A DNA stretch of 37,933 nucleotides, taken from positions 1-37,933 of the IMG/VR virus record IMGVR_UViG_3300045988_053041. One strand, written 5' to 3'. The stretch comes from a virus. Within the stretch, counting starts at the first letter, position 1. The number at the start of each line of letters is the position of its first letter. This document shows positions 27,976 to 36,766 of this stretch, in pieces. The notes under the pieces are model-generated. The model had not been told where the DNA came from, made no database searches, and was given only the letters and a program-made list of their open reading frames with translations. The position numbers and the translations under genes are program-made.

Positions 27976-29334
27976 TTACACCCCCACAATATGGTCTGCC
28001 AACGAGCTCCAGTTTGTTGCCGCTTTCCACGCATCCGCCAGAGACGCGGGCACTCGGATCTCCAGCTGCGGGTGCGTCTCATTGAACGCGTTGACGTTGG
28101 CCAGCGTGGGAACGGCCGTACAGTGGGTAAAGTCCACAAACCGCAGCGTATAGCATCGCAGGAACACCTGCGCCGGGATGCTCGCGATGTCCCCGAGGCA
28201 CGTCACCCTGCGCAGCGCGTGGTCGCCCCGAAAAGCGGAAGCGACAAAGGTTGTAGCGTCCGCCGGGATGGTGACTTCCAGCAGAGACACGCAGGAATAA
28301 AAAGTTCCGACTTGACCGTCGACAGCCTTGATGTTGACGCGCTCGAGGCATTGTGCCATGTAGGCAGCAGTCATATCAAAATTTACCAGCCGGACTGCTG
28401 TATATGCGATGTCGTAATTATTACCATTTCTTTGCGTCATCCCTTTCGGTGTTGCGATTGCGCGGAGATTGACGCAATTATAAAATGTTTGGATGATCGC
28501 AGAACTAAAAGCCACTGTTACGGCGCGTATACTTGTAGCTTCTTCAAACGTTCTCCCCGGTTCGAAAAGCACGCCAGCGGGGACAGATATGCTCTCGAGC
28601 CGGGTGGCGGCAAGAAACGCCCGTTGCGTAACGTCGGTCATTCTTTCACCGATTTCCACCTTTGCAAGCATCGAGCAGCGGCCACTATCTGCTGTGCTGT
28701 TTGCAATCAGCATTCGATCATTTGAGCCATTTCCAAGCTTCATCTCCGCACCCTCTTTGACGCTCATAGTGATCACGTATGAGCCGCTGGATGCGTACAC
28801 ATGCCGATGTTCAATCCAAGAATCGGCATTTTTTGATTCCGGGGTCGTTCCGTCGCCCCAGTCAACAGTCGTGGCGTTTCTTGTGCTCTGCCAGTAATTC
28901 AAGACAAAATCGTCCCACGTCTCGGTATCCACGTCGACGTAGAGCCTTGTCTTGCCGTCATCGGTAATATACAGCGCGCCGATATCGAGCTCACGGCCTG
29001 CGTCCTTGATGTCTTGGAGCGTCCAGTTCCATCCCTGACAGACCAGTCCATCGTGCGACGGAAGGGGCGGCAGCTCGGTCTTTGTGGCCAGCTCGGCGAG
29101 TGTCCAGCTGTAGAGCAAAGTGCCGTCATAGTCCCAGAAATTGATGTCCGACTCCTCGGGCGGGGTGGTATCTAACGTGCCGGTGATCTTCGCGCCCGAA
29201 GCGTCGTGCGCCGTCACGCCGGATTTGAGCGTCGCAGGAGTGACGGTATCCTCGGTCAGGTCGATGAGTGTTTTTCCGGCGTAGACCACCTTGTTTCTCG
29301 GGGTTTCACCCCCAGATACTTCCGGTGCCGCCAT
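27976..29334 (-). CDS. Tail fibre / receptor-binding protein with BspA-type leucine-rich repeats
   Basis: 452 aa. The C-terminal half has repeated ...AF..C..L..V.IP... units. The N-terminus GKTLIDLTEDTVTPATL...GT is paralogous to that of the next gene. Confidence 0.75.
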   Translation of the reverse strand: MAAPEVSGGETPRNKVVYAGKTLIDLTEDTVTPATLKSGVTAHDASGAKITGTLDTTPPEESDINFWDYDGTLLYSWTLAELATKTELPPLPSHDGLVCQGWNWTLQDIKDAGRELDIGALYITDDGKTRLYVDVDTETWDDFVLNYWQSTRNATTVDWGDGTTPESKNADSWIEHRHVYASSGSYVITMSVKEGAEMKLGNGSNDRMLIANSTADSGRCSMLAKVEIGERMTDVTQRAFLAATRLESISVPAGVLFEPGRTFEEATSIRAVTVAFSSAIIQTFYNCVNLRAIATPKGMTQRNGNNYDIAYTAVRLVNFDMTAAYMAQCLERVNIKAVDGQVGTFYSCVSLLEVTIPADATTFVASAFRGDHALRRVTCLGDIASIPAQVFLRCYTLRFVDFTHCTAVPTLANVNAFNETHPQLEIRVPASLADAWKAATNWSSLADHIVGV

Positions 29335-29338
29335 ACGC

Positions 29339-29926
29339 TCACGCTCCTGCCTTCTTGCCGATGGTGACAGTCACGCCGCCGGCGGCATTGGGCGTTTCGT
29401 TGTAGTAGATGGCCGCCACGTCGACCTGCGACATGTAGTCATACCCTTCGTCCGGCAAGATCGTCTGCGCGGTCGTCAGCGGCTCGACGGATTTCGTCTG
29501 CGCCTTGATGGCCTCGCCGCTGTACGTGCCCGTCACACCGAGAATCGTCACGCCCGCCTTGATGTTCCCGGCAATGATCTTTGCAGCCTCTGTGGGGTCG
29601 ATGGCGACCTTACCGCTTCCGTCGTGGTAGCCGATGGGGACGATGTACTCGCCCTTGACCGTCGTGATCTTCGCGGCCACCGCGCCGTTGTTCGGCATTT
29701 CGCCCGTGATCATCGAGCCTCTTGCGCCTGCCGTCTTGCCGAAGAGGATTTCCGAAGCCTTGACGGTCGCGCCTGACGTGTCGAGGTCAAATTCACACGT
29801 GCCGGTATGCAGCTCGCCGTCCGAGCCGTGATACTTAAAGCCAAGCAGGACTTTGCCCGGCTCTACCGTGTCGGCGGTCAGGTCTAACAGCACCTCGCCG
29901 CCATAGATAAATTTACTTCTGCCCAA
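29339..29926 (-). CDS. Tail fibre-like protein (shares an N-terminal module with 27976..29334)
   Basis: TTG start at 29926 after GGAGGTG. GGEVLLDLTADTVEPGKVLLGFKYHGSDGELHTGT parallels the neighbouring gene. Confidence 0.65.
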   Translation of the reverse strand: MGRSKFIYGGEVLLDLTADTVEPGKVLLGFKYHGSDGELHTGTCEFDLDTSGATVKASEILFGKTAGARGSMITGEMPNNGAVAAKITTVKGEYIVPIGYHDGSGKVAIDPTEAAKIIAGNIKAGVTILGVTGTYSGEAIKAQTKSVEPLTTAQTILPDEGYDYMSQVDVAAIYYNETPNAAGGVTVTIGKKAGA

Positions 29927-29929
29927 AAT

Positions 29930-30169
29930 TTACACCTCCGATGCAATGTAGACCGTCGTGCCGGTCTCGTTGGATACCTCATAGTATGGGACTTTTGTGA
30001 CGGTCACATCGTCCGCCAGCAGCTTGTTTTTCGTCGGCAAAACAACCGGCTCAAATGCCTTCGGCACGACCTCGTAGTCCCCTTCATACGCCTCTCCGCC
30101 CTGATAGACCACCTTCGCGGGCTCGATCCGCATCCGAATCTCCGGCTGCGAAAGCACCATTTTAAGCAT
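29930..30169 (-). CDS. Hypothetical small tail protein
   Basis: ATG 30169, 6 nt after AGGAGG (MLKMVLSQPEIRM...). Inner part of track ORF 29930..30355. Confidence 0.6.
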   Translation of the reverse strand: MLKMVLSQPEIRMRIEPAKVVYQGGEAYEGDYEVVPKAFEPVVLPTKNKLLADDVTVTKVPYYEVSNETGTTVYIASEV

Positions 30170-30461
30170 AGCCCGCCTCCTTGAGAAGCTCCTTGACCGG
30201 CTGCGAGACGATATCCGCGGCCTGCGGGTTTCCGTCCCCGTCCGTGAGCGCCAGCTGGAGGCGCGCGCTCTTGCCCGTGTCCAGCTGCATCGCGTCGGCA
30301 AGGGGGATCGTGACGAGCAGGTGCGTCTCGTCGACGACCGCCGGCACGTACTCAAAAAACAACGCGCCCTGCCGCAGCCAGAACTGGAGGTTCGTCGCCT
30401 TGGTCAGGTCCGCGCCGACCACCTCGACCGATAAAGCATTTTTGATCTTTTCGCGCATCAT
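30162..30461 (-). CDS. Hypothetical small tail protein
   Basis: 99-aa ORF (MMREKIKNALSVEVVGADL...) within the tail operon. Confidence 0.6.
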   Translation of the reverse strand: MMREKIKNALSVEVVGADLTKATNLQFWLRQGALFFEYVPAVVDETHLLVTIPLADAMQLDTGKSARLQLALTDGDGNPQAADIVSQPVKELLKEAGYA

Positions 30462-30467
30462 ATCACC

Positions 30468-30689
30468 TCACTTTGGATTTCCCACGACGTACTCGACGAC
30501 GTAGGTGCCGCTGATGCGGCAGATTTTCACGCGGTCACCCGCCTTGAATGTAACGTTGGTATTGCATTTGTAATGCTTTGCTGTGGCGGCGGTCTGGCCG
30601 TCGAAGATCAGGCTCAAGCCGTCCGTGTATTTCGCGCCGACGGTGGCAAGCTCCGCCGCGGTCGGCTCCGTGTTTTGCTGCCCGCTCAT
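30468..30689 (-). CDS. Hypothetical small tail/baseplate protein
   Basis: ATG 30689 with an ATGA overlap to the upstream gene (MSGQQNTEPTAAELATVGAKY...). Confidence 0.6.
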   Translation of the reverse strand: MSGQQNTEPTAAELATVGAKYTDGLSLIFDGQTAATAKHYKCNTNVTFKAGDRVKICRISGTYVVEYVVGNPK

Positions 30690-31729
30690 GCAATCACCGT
30701 CCTTTTTGCGGTATGGGTCATGAGCTCTCCGGGGCTGAGCCGCAGCTGCCAGCCGGTCTCCTCGTAGATGCCGCCGAATTCCGACGCGTCGATGCTCAGA
30801 ACGTCGCCCACGCCGTGCCCACCCTCCGGCAGGCCGTAGAATGTGATCGTCCGGGTACCGAGCTGGGACTGGAAGCAAAGATCGTCCACGTAGGCTTGCA
30901 GCGCCTCCTGCGAGGCGATATTGTCCACTTTGACCACCTGCGTGATGCGTTGGCCGCGCTTAAAAATGGAGATGGAGCTGGACGGGCTGTTGTTCTCTGC
31001 GCGCGCTACCAGCGGCGTCTCCAAGTCCGGATTGCTGCAAATGGCGACAAAGACATTCGGCGCGTCGAAGATGTCCTGCTCCTGCGACATATCGCGCGAG
31101 ACGGGAGCCAGCAGCCGGATATCCGTGCTCGAGTAGCGCCAGCGGATATTTGCCGCATTTGGTGTTGCCTTTGGCTCCAGGTGCCCGATGCCGCTGCCGT
31201 CGAACCACACGGGCTTGTAGTTTATCTCGCCCAGCAGCTGGTTGCAGATCGTGAGATAGTCCGTGCCCTCCTGCCAGTCCTCTCGGTCGGTCTGCAAGGT
31301 CTCGCTCGTGGGTGTGGCGATCACGAGGCCGATCCCGGCCTGCGTCATGAGCTGCTGCACCGCCGTCAGATAGTTCGTGCCGGCGGCCAGATGCAAAATG
31401 CCCTCCGTCTTGATCGTCTGGATCATCCAACTGCGGTCGTACGCGTCGAGCCGGAGGAAGTGCCCCTGCGCGCTGACGGTGTCCGAGTACGTCGTGATGC
31501 GGTACACGCCCAAGGGGTACTCTTGCCCGTCAAGCTCCAGCACAGGCTGGAGCTCGTCGGAAAGATATTCGATATCGGGGTTGTGCATAAATGTTCCGCC
31601 GAGGCTTCCCATGATGTCTCCGGACGCGTCGACGAGCACGTCGGGCGCGGAATCTTTGAGCCATCTCAGCTCTGAGAACTTCGCGCCGTGCCGGAGCACG
31701 TCCACGCGGTAAGATATCCTGTGCGTCAT
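30686..31729 (-). CDS. Tail-associated (Tal-like) minor structural protein
   Basis: 347 aa. It is the second gene after the tape measure, the expected position for Tal. Confidence 0.65.
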   Translation of the reverse strand: MTHRISYRVDVLRHGAKFSELRWLKDSAPDVLVDASGDIMGSLGGTFMHNPDIEYLSDELQPVLELDGQEYPLGVYRITTYSDTVSAQGHFLRLDAYDRSWMIQTIKTEGILHLAAGTNYLTAVQQLMTQAGIGLVIATPTSETLQTDREDWQEGTDYLTICNQLLGEINYKPVWFDGSGIGHLEPKATPNAANIRWRYSSTDIRLLAPVSRDMSQEQDIFDAPNVFVAICSNPDLETPLVARAENNSPSSSISIFKRGQRITQVVKVDNIASQEALQAYVDDLCFQSQLGTRTITFYGLPEGGHGVGDVLSIDASEFGGIYEETGWQLRLSPGELMTHTAKRTVIA

Positions 31730-33699
31730 AGCCTCACCTCGTCGTCAAAGTCGATCTGCTCGATGGTAAAATTAAAAACATTGAGGAAGCCGTCGTGTTG
31801 CTTGGGTAGGCTCGTGATGTAGCCGATGACCATATCGCCCTGCGGCGTTTTGGCGCAGACAAGCTTTCCCACAAGTCCCATGAGCTGCCTGATCTCGCTC
31901 TCATCGAGCAGCACCGCCGTGATGCTGAGCGAATCCGTGCCGGAGTCGACCTCGACCGCGACGGGATAATACGCGCCGGAGAGCTGCAAGAGCTCGACCT
32001 GCCGGGAAAGTGTCCGTGTGGTCTGCCGGTGCTGGCTGTCGGAGTATGGGAGTCTCAAGGTCTGGCCGGTGTCCAAGTCTGACACCTGATGCACCTCCGC
32101 GCGAACGTCGACCGTGACCGCCGAAGACAGGCCGTAGTTGCCGGAATCGTTGTAGCAGCCGCGCACCTGGTACGTTGTGCTGCCGGAGGACAGCTCGTCG
32201 GTGTACTGCGTCTGGGTGAGCTTTGCAATCGGCTTTTCGTTTCGGTACACGAGATAGAAATCATAGCTCCCGGTCGTCTGCCAGCTGAGCTCTGCGACGC
32301 TCGATGCCTCGACGTTCAGCGAGATTGCCGCGCCCGGCGTGTTGGTGACAGGCAGCGCCGCCGCGCCCCAGTTGGACCACATGCCATATTGATTTTGCAC
32401 GCGCACGCGCACCGTGTGGCTGCCGTCCGAAAGATACGCGGGGCTCGTCCATGTCTTCTCCGTGCCGTAGTGCGTGCCGCCGGAAAGCTTCCCGTCCAGC
32501 TCCACCTGGTACGCCTCCTGCTCGGAGGTCTGCCAGCTGATGGACGGGCGCGGACCCGTGCTCTTGATCTGGATACTCGGAGCCGTCGGCGCGGCAATCA
32601 CAACGATCTGTGCCGCATCACTCCATTCTCCCGCAATGCCGTCGGCGTTGTAGGTGCGCACGCGCCAGTATTTGATGCTGGATGTGAGCGTCCCGGCAGG
32701 GCACGTCCACTGCCGCGCAGCGCCGGTGACGGTTGCAAGCGTCGTCCATGTCTGCCCATCCGTGCTTTTTTGCAGGTCTGCCTTGCTCTGCGCTGTCCCG
32801 GTTGAGATCGAGTGCTGCCACTGGAACAGTACATCCTTCGAGCCATCAATCACCGTGTCGACCGGGCTCAGAGGCGCGGCGGTCGGCGTTGCATCGGCGG
32901 TTGAGAGCGTCACCCAGTCGGATGTTGTGACCACGCCGCTGTTTGCCGTGACCGCGACCTGCCACTGGATGCTCGTCGTGCCAGTGAAGGTGTTGGCGGG
33001 TACCGTGACGCTTTGTGCGCTGCCGGAGACGGAGATCGTGTGGATCGTGCCGCTCGTGCCGGAGCGCCAGCGGAAAACGGCAGATGTCTGTTCCAGTACA
33101 GCGATACATTTTAACGCGGGGTCTGTACCCCATGCGAAGGTGTTTGGCTCTGTTTTTACAATAGACCCCGAACTCGGCGTTGTCTCGAATATTTTTAGCC
33201 CACAGGTTATCGTATCGTCCACAGTCACTGGAATATATGGCCGGTTTGCGCCTGCTGTAACGATTGACGCAAAATCCATAGATACCGATATATCGATAAA
33301 CACGCCCTTTTGCACCGCGTCAGGAATCGGGAGCCCATATGTCGACTCACACAGTTTCGGGAGGTCTTCAGCGTAAACGTTTTTCGTCTCGACTTTGCTC
33401 ACGTGGAAACGCTGCTTGGTAGCATAGGTAGCGGTAAGAGGGTCGAAGCGCTCAGTCAAGGTACCTATTTTTAGGTTGACTGTGTCGTTTTCGCCTGCTG
33501 CCTGCACATATACGTTGATTTTTGTCCAATCGTCAACAAGCTTTTTGTACTGCTTCCCGTCGCTAGGCGACTGGAATTGCAAGTACAGTAAATCGCGATA
33601 GTAGAGCTTTGCTGGGGAGGTTGTGTGGTCGTTGACGTTTTGCGCGTCATTTTTCAAGATCGCAAATGCCGAACAGTACAGATTAAAACTCGTTGCCAC
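31726..33699 (-). CDS. Distal tail protein (Dit-like) with fibronectin-III-like repeat insertions
   Basis: 657 aa, immediately downstream of the tape measure. It has repeated ~90-aa segments ending ...W..V.T.N..G..GEWS.. (FN3-like). GTG start. Confidence 0.7.
   Translation of the reverse strand: MATSFNLYCSAFAILKNDAQNVNDHTTSPAKLYYRDLLYLQFQSPSDGKQYKKLVDDWTKINVYVQAAGENDTVNLKIGTLTERFDPLTATYATKQRFHVSKVETKNVYAEDLPKLCESTYGLPIPDAVQKGVFIDISVSMDFASIVTAGANRPYIPVTVDDTITCGLKIFETTPSSGSIVKTEPNTFAWGTDPALKCIAVLEQTSAVFRWRSGTSGTIHTISVSGSAQSVTVPANTFTGTTSIQWQVAVTANSGVVTTSDWVTLSTADATPTAAPLSPVDTVIDGSKDVLFQWQHSISTGTAQSKADLQKSTDGQTWTTLATVTGAARQWTCPAGTLTSSIKYWRVRTYNADGIAGEWSDAAQIVVIAAPTAPSIQIKSTGPRPSISWQTSEQEAYQVELDGKLSGGTHYGTEKTWTSPAYLSDGSHTVRVRVQNQYGMWSNWGAAALPVTNTPGAAISLNVEASSVAELSWQTTGSYDFYLVYRNEKPIAKLTQTQYTDELSSGSTTYQVRGCYNDSGNYGLSSAVTVDVRAEVHQVSDLDTGQTLRLPYSDSQHRQTTRTLSRQVELLQLSGAYYPVAVEVDSGTDSLSITAVLLDESEIRQLMGLVGKLVCAKTPQGDMVIGYITSLPKQHDGFLNVFNFTIEQIDFDDEVRL
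32069..32085 (+). repeat. 17-bp element copy 8 (GTGTCCAAGTCTGACAC), in the Dit-like tail gene
   Basis: Read directly. The gene strand gives VSDLDT. Confidence 0.95.
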
Positions 33700-33700
33700 C

Positions 33701-35572
33701 TCACGTCACCCCCATTCTGGCCACTCGTCTCTGGTTTTTCATGCGGCGGATAAAGTCGTCGATCTCGCGGATTTCATTCGCCTGCACATAAAAGTTGTAG
33801 GTATCGCCGCCGGAGAGGCTGCGCCCTTCCTGGTTCGTGCCGATGCGCGAGCCCTGCGGCAGCCAGACAGGCTCCGGCCCATTCTCGCCGACCCACGTCA
33901 CGCCGCCAATGAAGTTGTCCGTGCCGGCTGCGTTCTGGTGCCACTTGCCGTCGGCTCCCATGTAGCCGCCTGTGCCGGTGTAGCCCATGCCGGAAACGTA
34001 GCTCGAGCCGCTGGACAGTGCGCCTTTGTATTGCAGCTGCTGCATGTTGCTTAACTGCCCGCTGGACATGTTAAGACCCAGCGCCGTCTTGATCTTGTCA
34101 CCGTTAAACGTCAGCAAGCCGACAAGCAGATTTGTGGTGTCCGCGATCAGCGCCATCGTCGTTGCAATCGGCTTGAGCGCCGCGTCGAGCGCCGGGAGAA
34201 CCGCGACCGTCAGATCGCCCAGCGGCTCCAAGATCTGCGTGGTAGAGCTCAGAATGCTGCCAAATTTGTCCACAACGCCAGACTCCACGAAAGCCTTGCC
34301 GATCTTCTGGATAAAGTCCGCCGTGTCGCCCAGCGCCTCGGTCATATACGGCGCGTACTCGGCGGAGATCTGCTTCGTGACGGCTTCCTGTGTCTTGAGG
34401 AGTTTCTGCTGTGCAGCGTCCGTTGCTGCGAGCGCTTCGACTGCCTCGTTATCCAGCACGTAGCCCATCTCATGCGCTTCGTCGGTGTACTTTTTGAGTC
34501 CTTCGCTGCCCACCTCAATCAGAGGGTTCAGCTCCTGCGCGGACTCTGACATGAGATCCATCGCCAGCGCGTCGCGCTGCGCCTGGTTGTGCATGTTTCC
34601 GAGCGAGTCAATGACGTCATAAAAAACTGCATCGGCGCTGCGCAGGTTGCCATCTGTGCCCTCGATCTTGACACCGAGCGTTTCAAACGCCTTTGCCGTG
34701 TCCTCCGAGCCGTTCTGCGCCTCCTGCATCTTGTTCGTGATCTCCTTGAGGGAGTCCTTCACGCGGTCATAGGTGACGCCGAGCATGTCGGAGGCATACT
34801 GCCATTCCTGGACTTCCTCCACGCTCTGGCCGGTCACGCTTGCGAGCGTCTTGACCTCCTTCGCGTACTCGGCGGACTCCTTGGTGATGCTCATCAGCTG
34901 CTTTTCGACCTTGACGCCTGCCGCAACCAGGGCAGCAAAACCACCGACTGCCGCAGCTGTCCCGGCGTTGATTCCGTTCAGGGAGTTCAGCGCCTTCGTC
35001 GCGCCCTCGGGCAGGTTGATACCCAACTTATCCGCCGCGCCGCCGATCGCGTCGCCAAGGCCGACGGCCTCGCCCTTGCCGTCCGCAAAGGATTCCTTGA
35101 GGTTGGCAAAAACGCCCTTTGCGCCCGTGCCCTCCTCCTTGGCCTTCGCGACGGAATCCTTGACCTTATCCATCGCCTGCTGGAATTTCGAGCCGCTCGC
35201 GCCCGCCTTGTCGAGCTCGGCGTTGTTTTCTTCCAGCGCCTCCTGCATCTGCTTGAGTTTGGTCTCCGCGTCAATGAGGCTTGTCGACCAGTCAATGGTG
35301 CGCTTGTCGGCCTCGCCGTAGGTTTCGCCCGCGCGCTGGAGGACTTCTCGCAGCGTGTCGACCTTCTCCTGCTGCGTCTGCATCTGCCGGGCGAGGACGT
35401 CGCCCTTGGCCGTCAGCGCCTCGACGCTATCGGCGTTGTCTGCAAAATCCTGCTCCGTGGCGCGCATCTCCGCGCCTAAGTTTTTAAGTCCTGCGTTGAT
35501 TTGGGCAAGGGCGGCGCGATACTCTTTCTCGCCGTCCATTTTGACTTTTGTGTTAATGCCGGGCGTTGCCAT
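33701..35572 (-). CDS. Tape measure protein
   Basis: 623 aa, Ala/Gly/Lys-rich and coiled-coil. It follows the G/GT chaperone pair. Confidence 0.88.
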   Translation of the reverse strand: MATPGINTKVKMDGEKEYRAALAQINAGLKNLGAEMRATEQDFADNADSVEALTAKGDVLARQMQTQQEKVDTLREVLQRAGETYGEADKRTIDWSTSLIDAETKLKQMQEALEENNAELDKAGASGSKFQQAMDKVKDSVAKAKEEGTGAKGVFANLKESFADGKGEAVGLGDAIGGAADKLGINLPEGATKALNSLNGINAGTAAAVGGFAALVAAGVKVEKQLMSITKESAEYAKEVKTLASVTGQSVEEVQEWQYASDMLGVTYDRVKDSLKEITNKMQEAQNGSEDTAKAFETLGVKIEGTDGNLRSADAVFYDVIDSLGNMHNQAQRDALAMDLMSESAQELNPLIEVGSEGLKKYTDEAHEMGYVLDNEAVEALAATDAAQQKLLKTQEAVTKQISAEYAPYMTEALGDTADFIQKIGKAFVESGVVDKFGSILSSTTQILEPLGDLTVAVLPALDAALKPIATTMALIADTTNLLVGLLTFNGDKIKTALGLNMSSGQLSNMQQLQYKGALSSGSSYVSGMGYTGTGGYMGADGKWHQNAAGTDNFIGGVTWVGENGPEPVWLPQGSRIGTNQEGRSLSGGDTYNFYVQANEIREIDDFIRRMKNQRRVARMGVT

Positions 35573-36152
35573 CAGCCGCCACCTCCCATCAGGTACTGTG
35601 CCAGCGACAAGCGCGCAGGCTGCTCCGGCGCATTATGCGCACACCGGCTCGGCGTGGCCATGGAGAAGTACTCTCTGTAGATAGCCATGCACCGCGCCGG
35701 TGTCATCCTGCGCCAAAAGACGGTCTCGTCGTTTTTCAGCACATTTACCCAGATATTCAGGTACCAGGCGAAGTTGATACCGCCGCTTCTTCCTGCCTGG
35801 TCTCCGCGTTTTTTTCGTCGTCTGTTTCGTTGACGGCCAGAATCGTCATACGCATAATGTCCGGCGCGAGCCGATCCACCGTGTCATAGGACAGCCGTCT
35901 ACCGATCTGCTTTTCGGTGTACCGGATAGCGAAGCCCTTTTCGTCCACCCATTTCTGCTCATCAGCGTAGTCGTTGAGCATCGCGGCCAGCAGCTGCAAG
36001 ACCGACTTGAGCGTCCGCTTAAGGGAGAGGACGGGGCTAAAGTCGCCGCCGTTGATCTCCTGCACCTCGGCCAGCACGTTGTTGTTGCACCGAAGCACCC
36101 AGTCGCGCCCGTCAAAGCGCCACGCGACCTCGCGCGGCTTGATATCTTCCAT
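35572..36152 (-). CDS. Tail assembly chaperone frameshift product (GT-like, -1 slip at A_AAA_AAC)
   Basis: The -1 frame is open from the slippery site through ...INFAWYLNIWVNVLKNDETVFWRRMTPARCMAIYREYF... to a TGA that overlaps the tape-measure ATG. Confidence 0.7.
35757..36152 (-). CDS. Tail assembly chaperone (G-like)
   Basis: ATG 36152, 6 nt after AGGAGG (MEDIKPREVAWRFDGRDWVLRCNN...). It lies between the major tail and tape measure genes. Confidence 0.8.
   Translation of the reverse strand: MEDIKPREVAWRFDGRDWVLRCNNNVLAEVQEINGGDFSPVLSLKRTLKSVLQLLAAMLNDYADEQKWVDEKGFAIRYTEKQIGRRLSYDTVDRLAPDIMRMTILAVNETDDEKNAETRQEEAAVSTSPGT
35808..35814 (-). other. Slippery heptamer A AAA AAC for the programmed -1 frameshift
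   Basis: Minus strand reads GAC GAA AAA AAC GCG, i.e. the plus-strand T7 run at 35809-35815. Confidence 0.7.
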
Positions 36153-36154
36153 GC

Positions 36155-36754
36155 TTAACCTCCTGCCACGTCTGTGGCTGCCGTCTGAAAGACCTCGTCG
36201 CACCAGGCCTTGGCGTCAGCCTCCGAGTCAAGCGTTGCGACTTCGAGCAGATCGCCGAGATCGTCGACCAGGAACTCACCGGTCGTGGTCGGGGTCTGGA
36301 AGGCGATGCTGTCGCCCATTGTCTGTCCGTTTGTTGCAGGCGGGCCAAAAAGCACCTTCCGGGCGAATATCGCCGTGAATTTCTCCACGCCGTCGATCAT
36401 GTCGGGCATGTAAAAACTCCACCCGACGTACTTGCCGGTCGACTTCTTGCCAAAGGTCAGACTCTTGACGGTGGAACTAGCCACGGTGCGCTGTTTTTCG
36501 TACGCGCCGTACATAAGCTTCTGCGCTTCAGTCGGGATATACTTGACGCCGGCGGTCGCCGTGCCGCCCGTGGCCTTTTTCATGTACTCCGCCAGAACGG
36601 ACTCGGCGTAAATCCGGCCTTCGGCAAAGCGCATCTCAAGGCCTACGGTCATCGCGTCGCCCATGGAAACGGGCGTGCCGTACTCCGTGCCTTTGCCGGT
36701 TGTTTTTTTCTTATACTCTGCGACTTGCAGGTATCTCAAATCAAATGCAGGCAT
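36155..36754 (-). CDS. Major tail protein
   Basis: 199 aa with AGGAGG SD, upstream of the chaperones. Confidence 0.8.
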   Translation of the reverse strand: MPAFDLRYLQVAEYKKKTTGKGTEYGTPVSMGDAMTVGLEMRFAEGRIYAESVLAEYMKKATGGTATAGVKYIPTEAQKLMYGAYEKQRTVASSTVKSLTFGKKSTGKYVGWSFYMPDMIDGVEKFTAIFARKVLFGPPATNGQTMGDSIAFQTPTTTGEFLVDDLGDLLEVATLDSEADAKAWCDEVFQTAATDVAGG

Positions 36755-36766
36755 GATTGCCTCCTT

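Noticed and set aside
1680-32085. The 17-bp elements as shufflon-type or integrase recombination sites.
   Set aside because: The arms are only 5 bp, or 8 bp imperfect. Recombination between eight sites in both orientations would scramble essential operons. I keep it only as a minor alternative to the ParB-site hypothesis, and it is not excluded experimentally.
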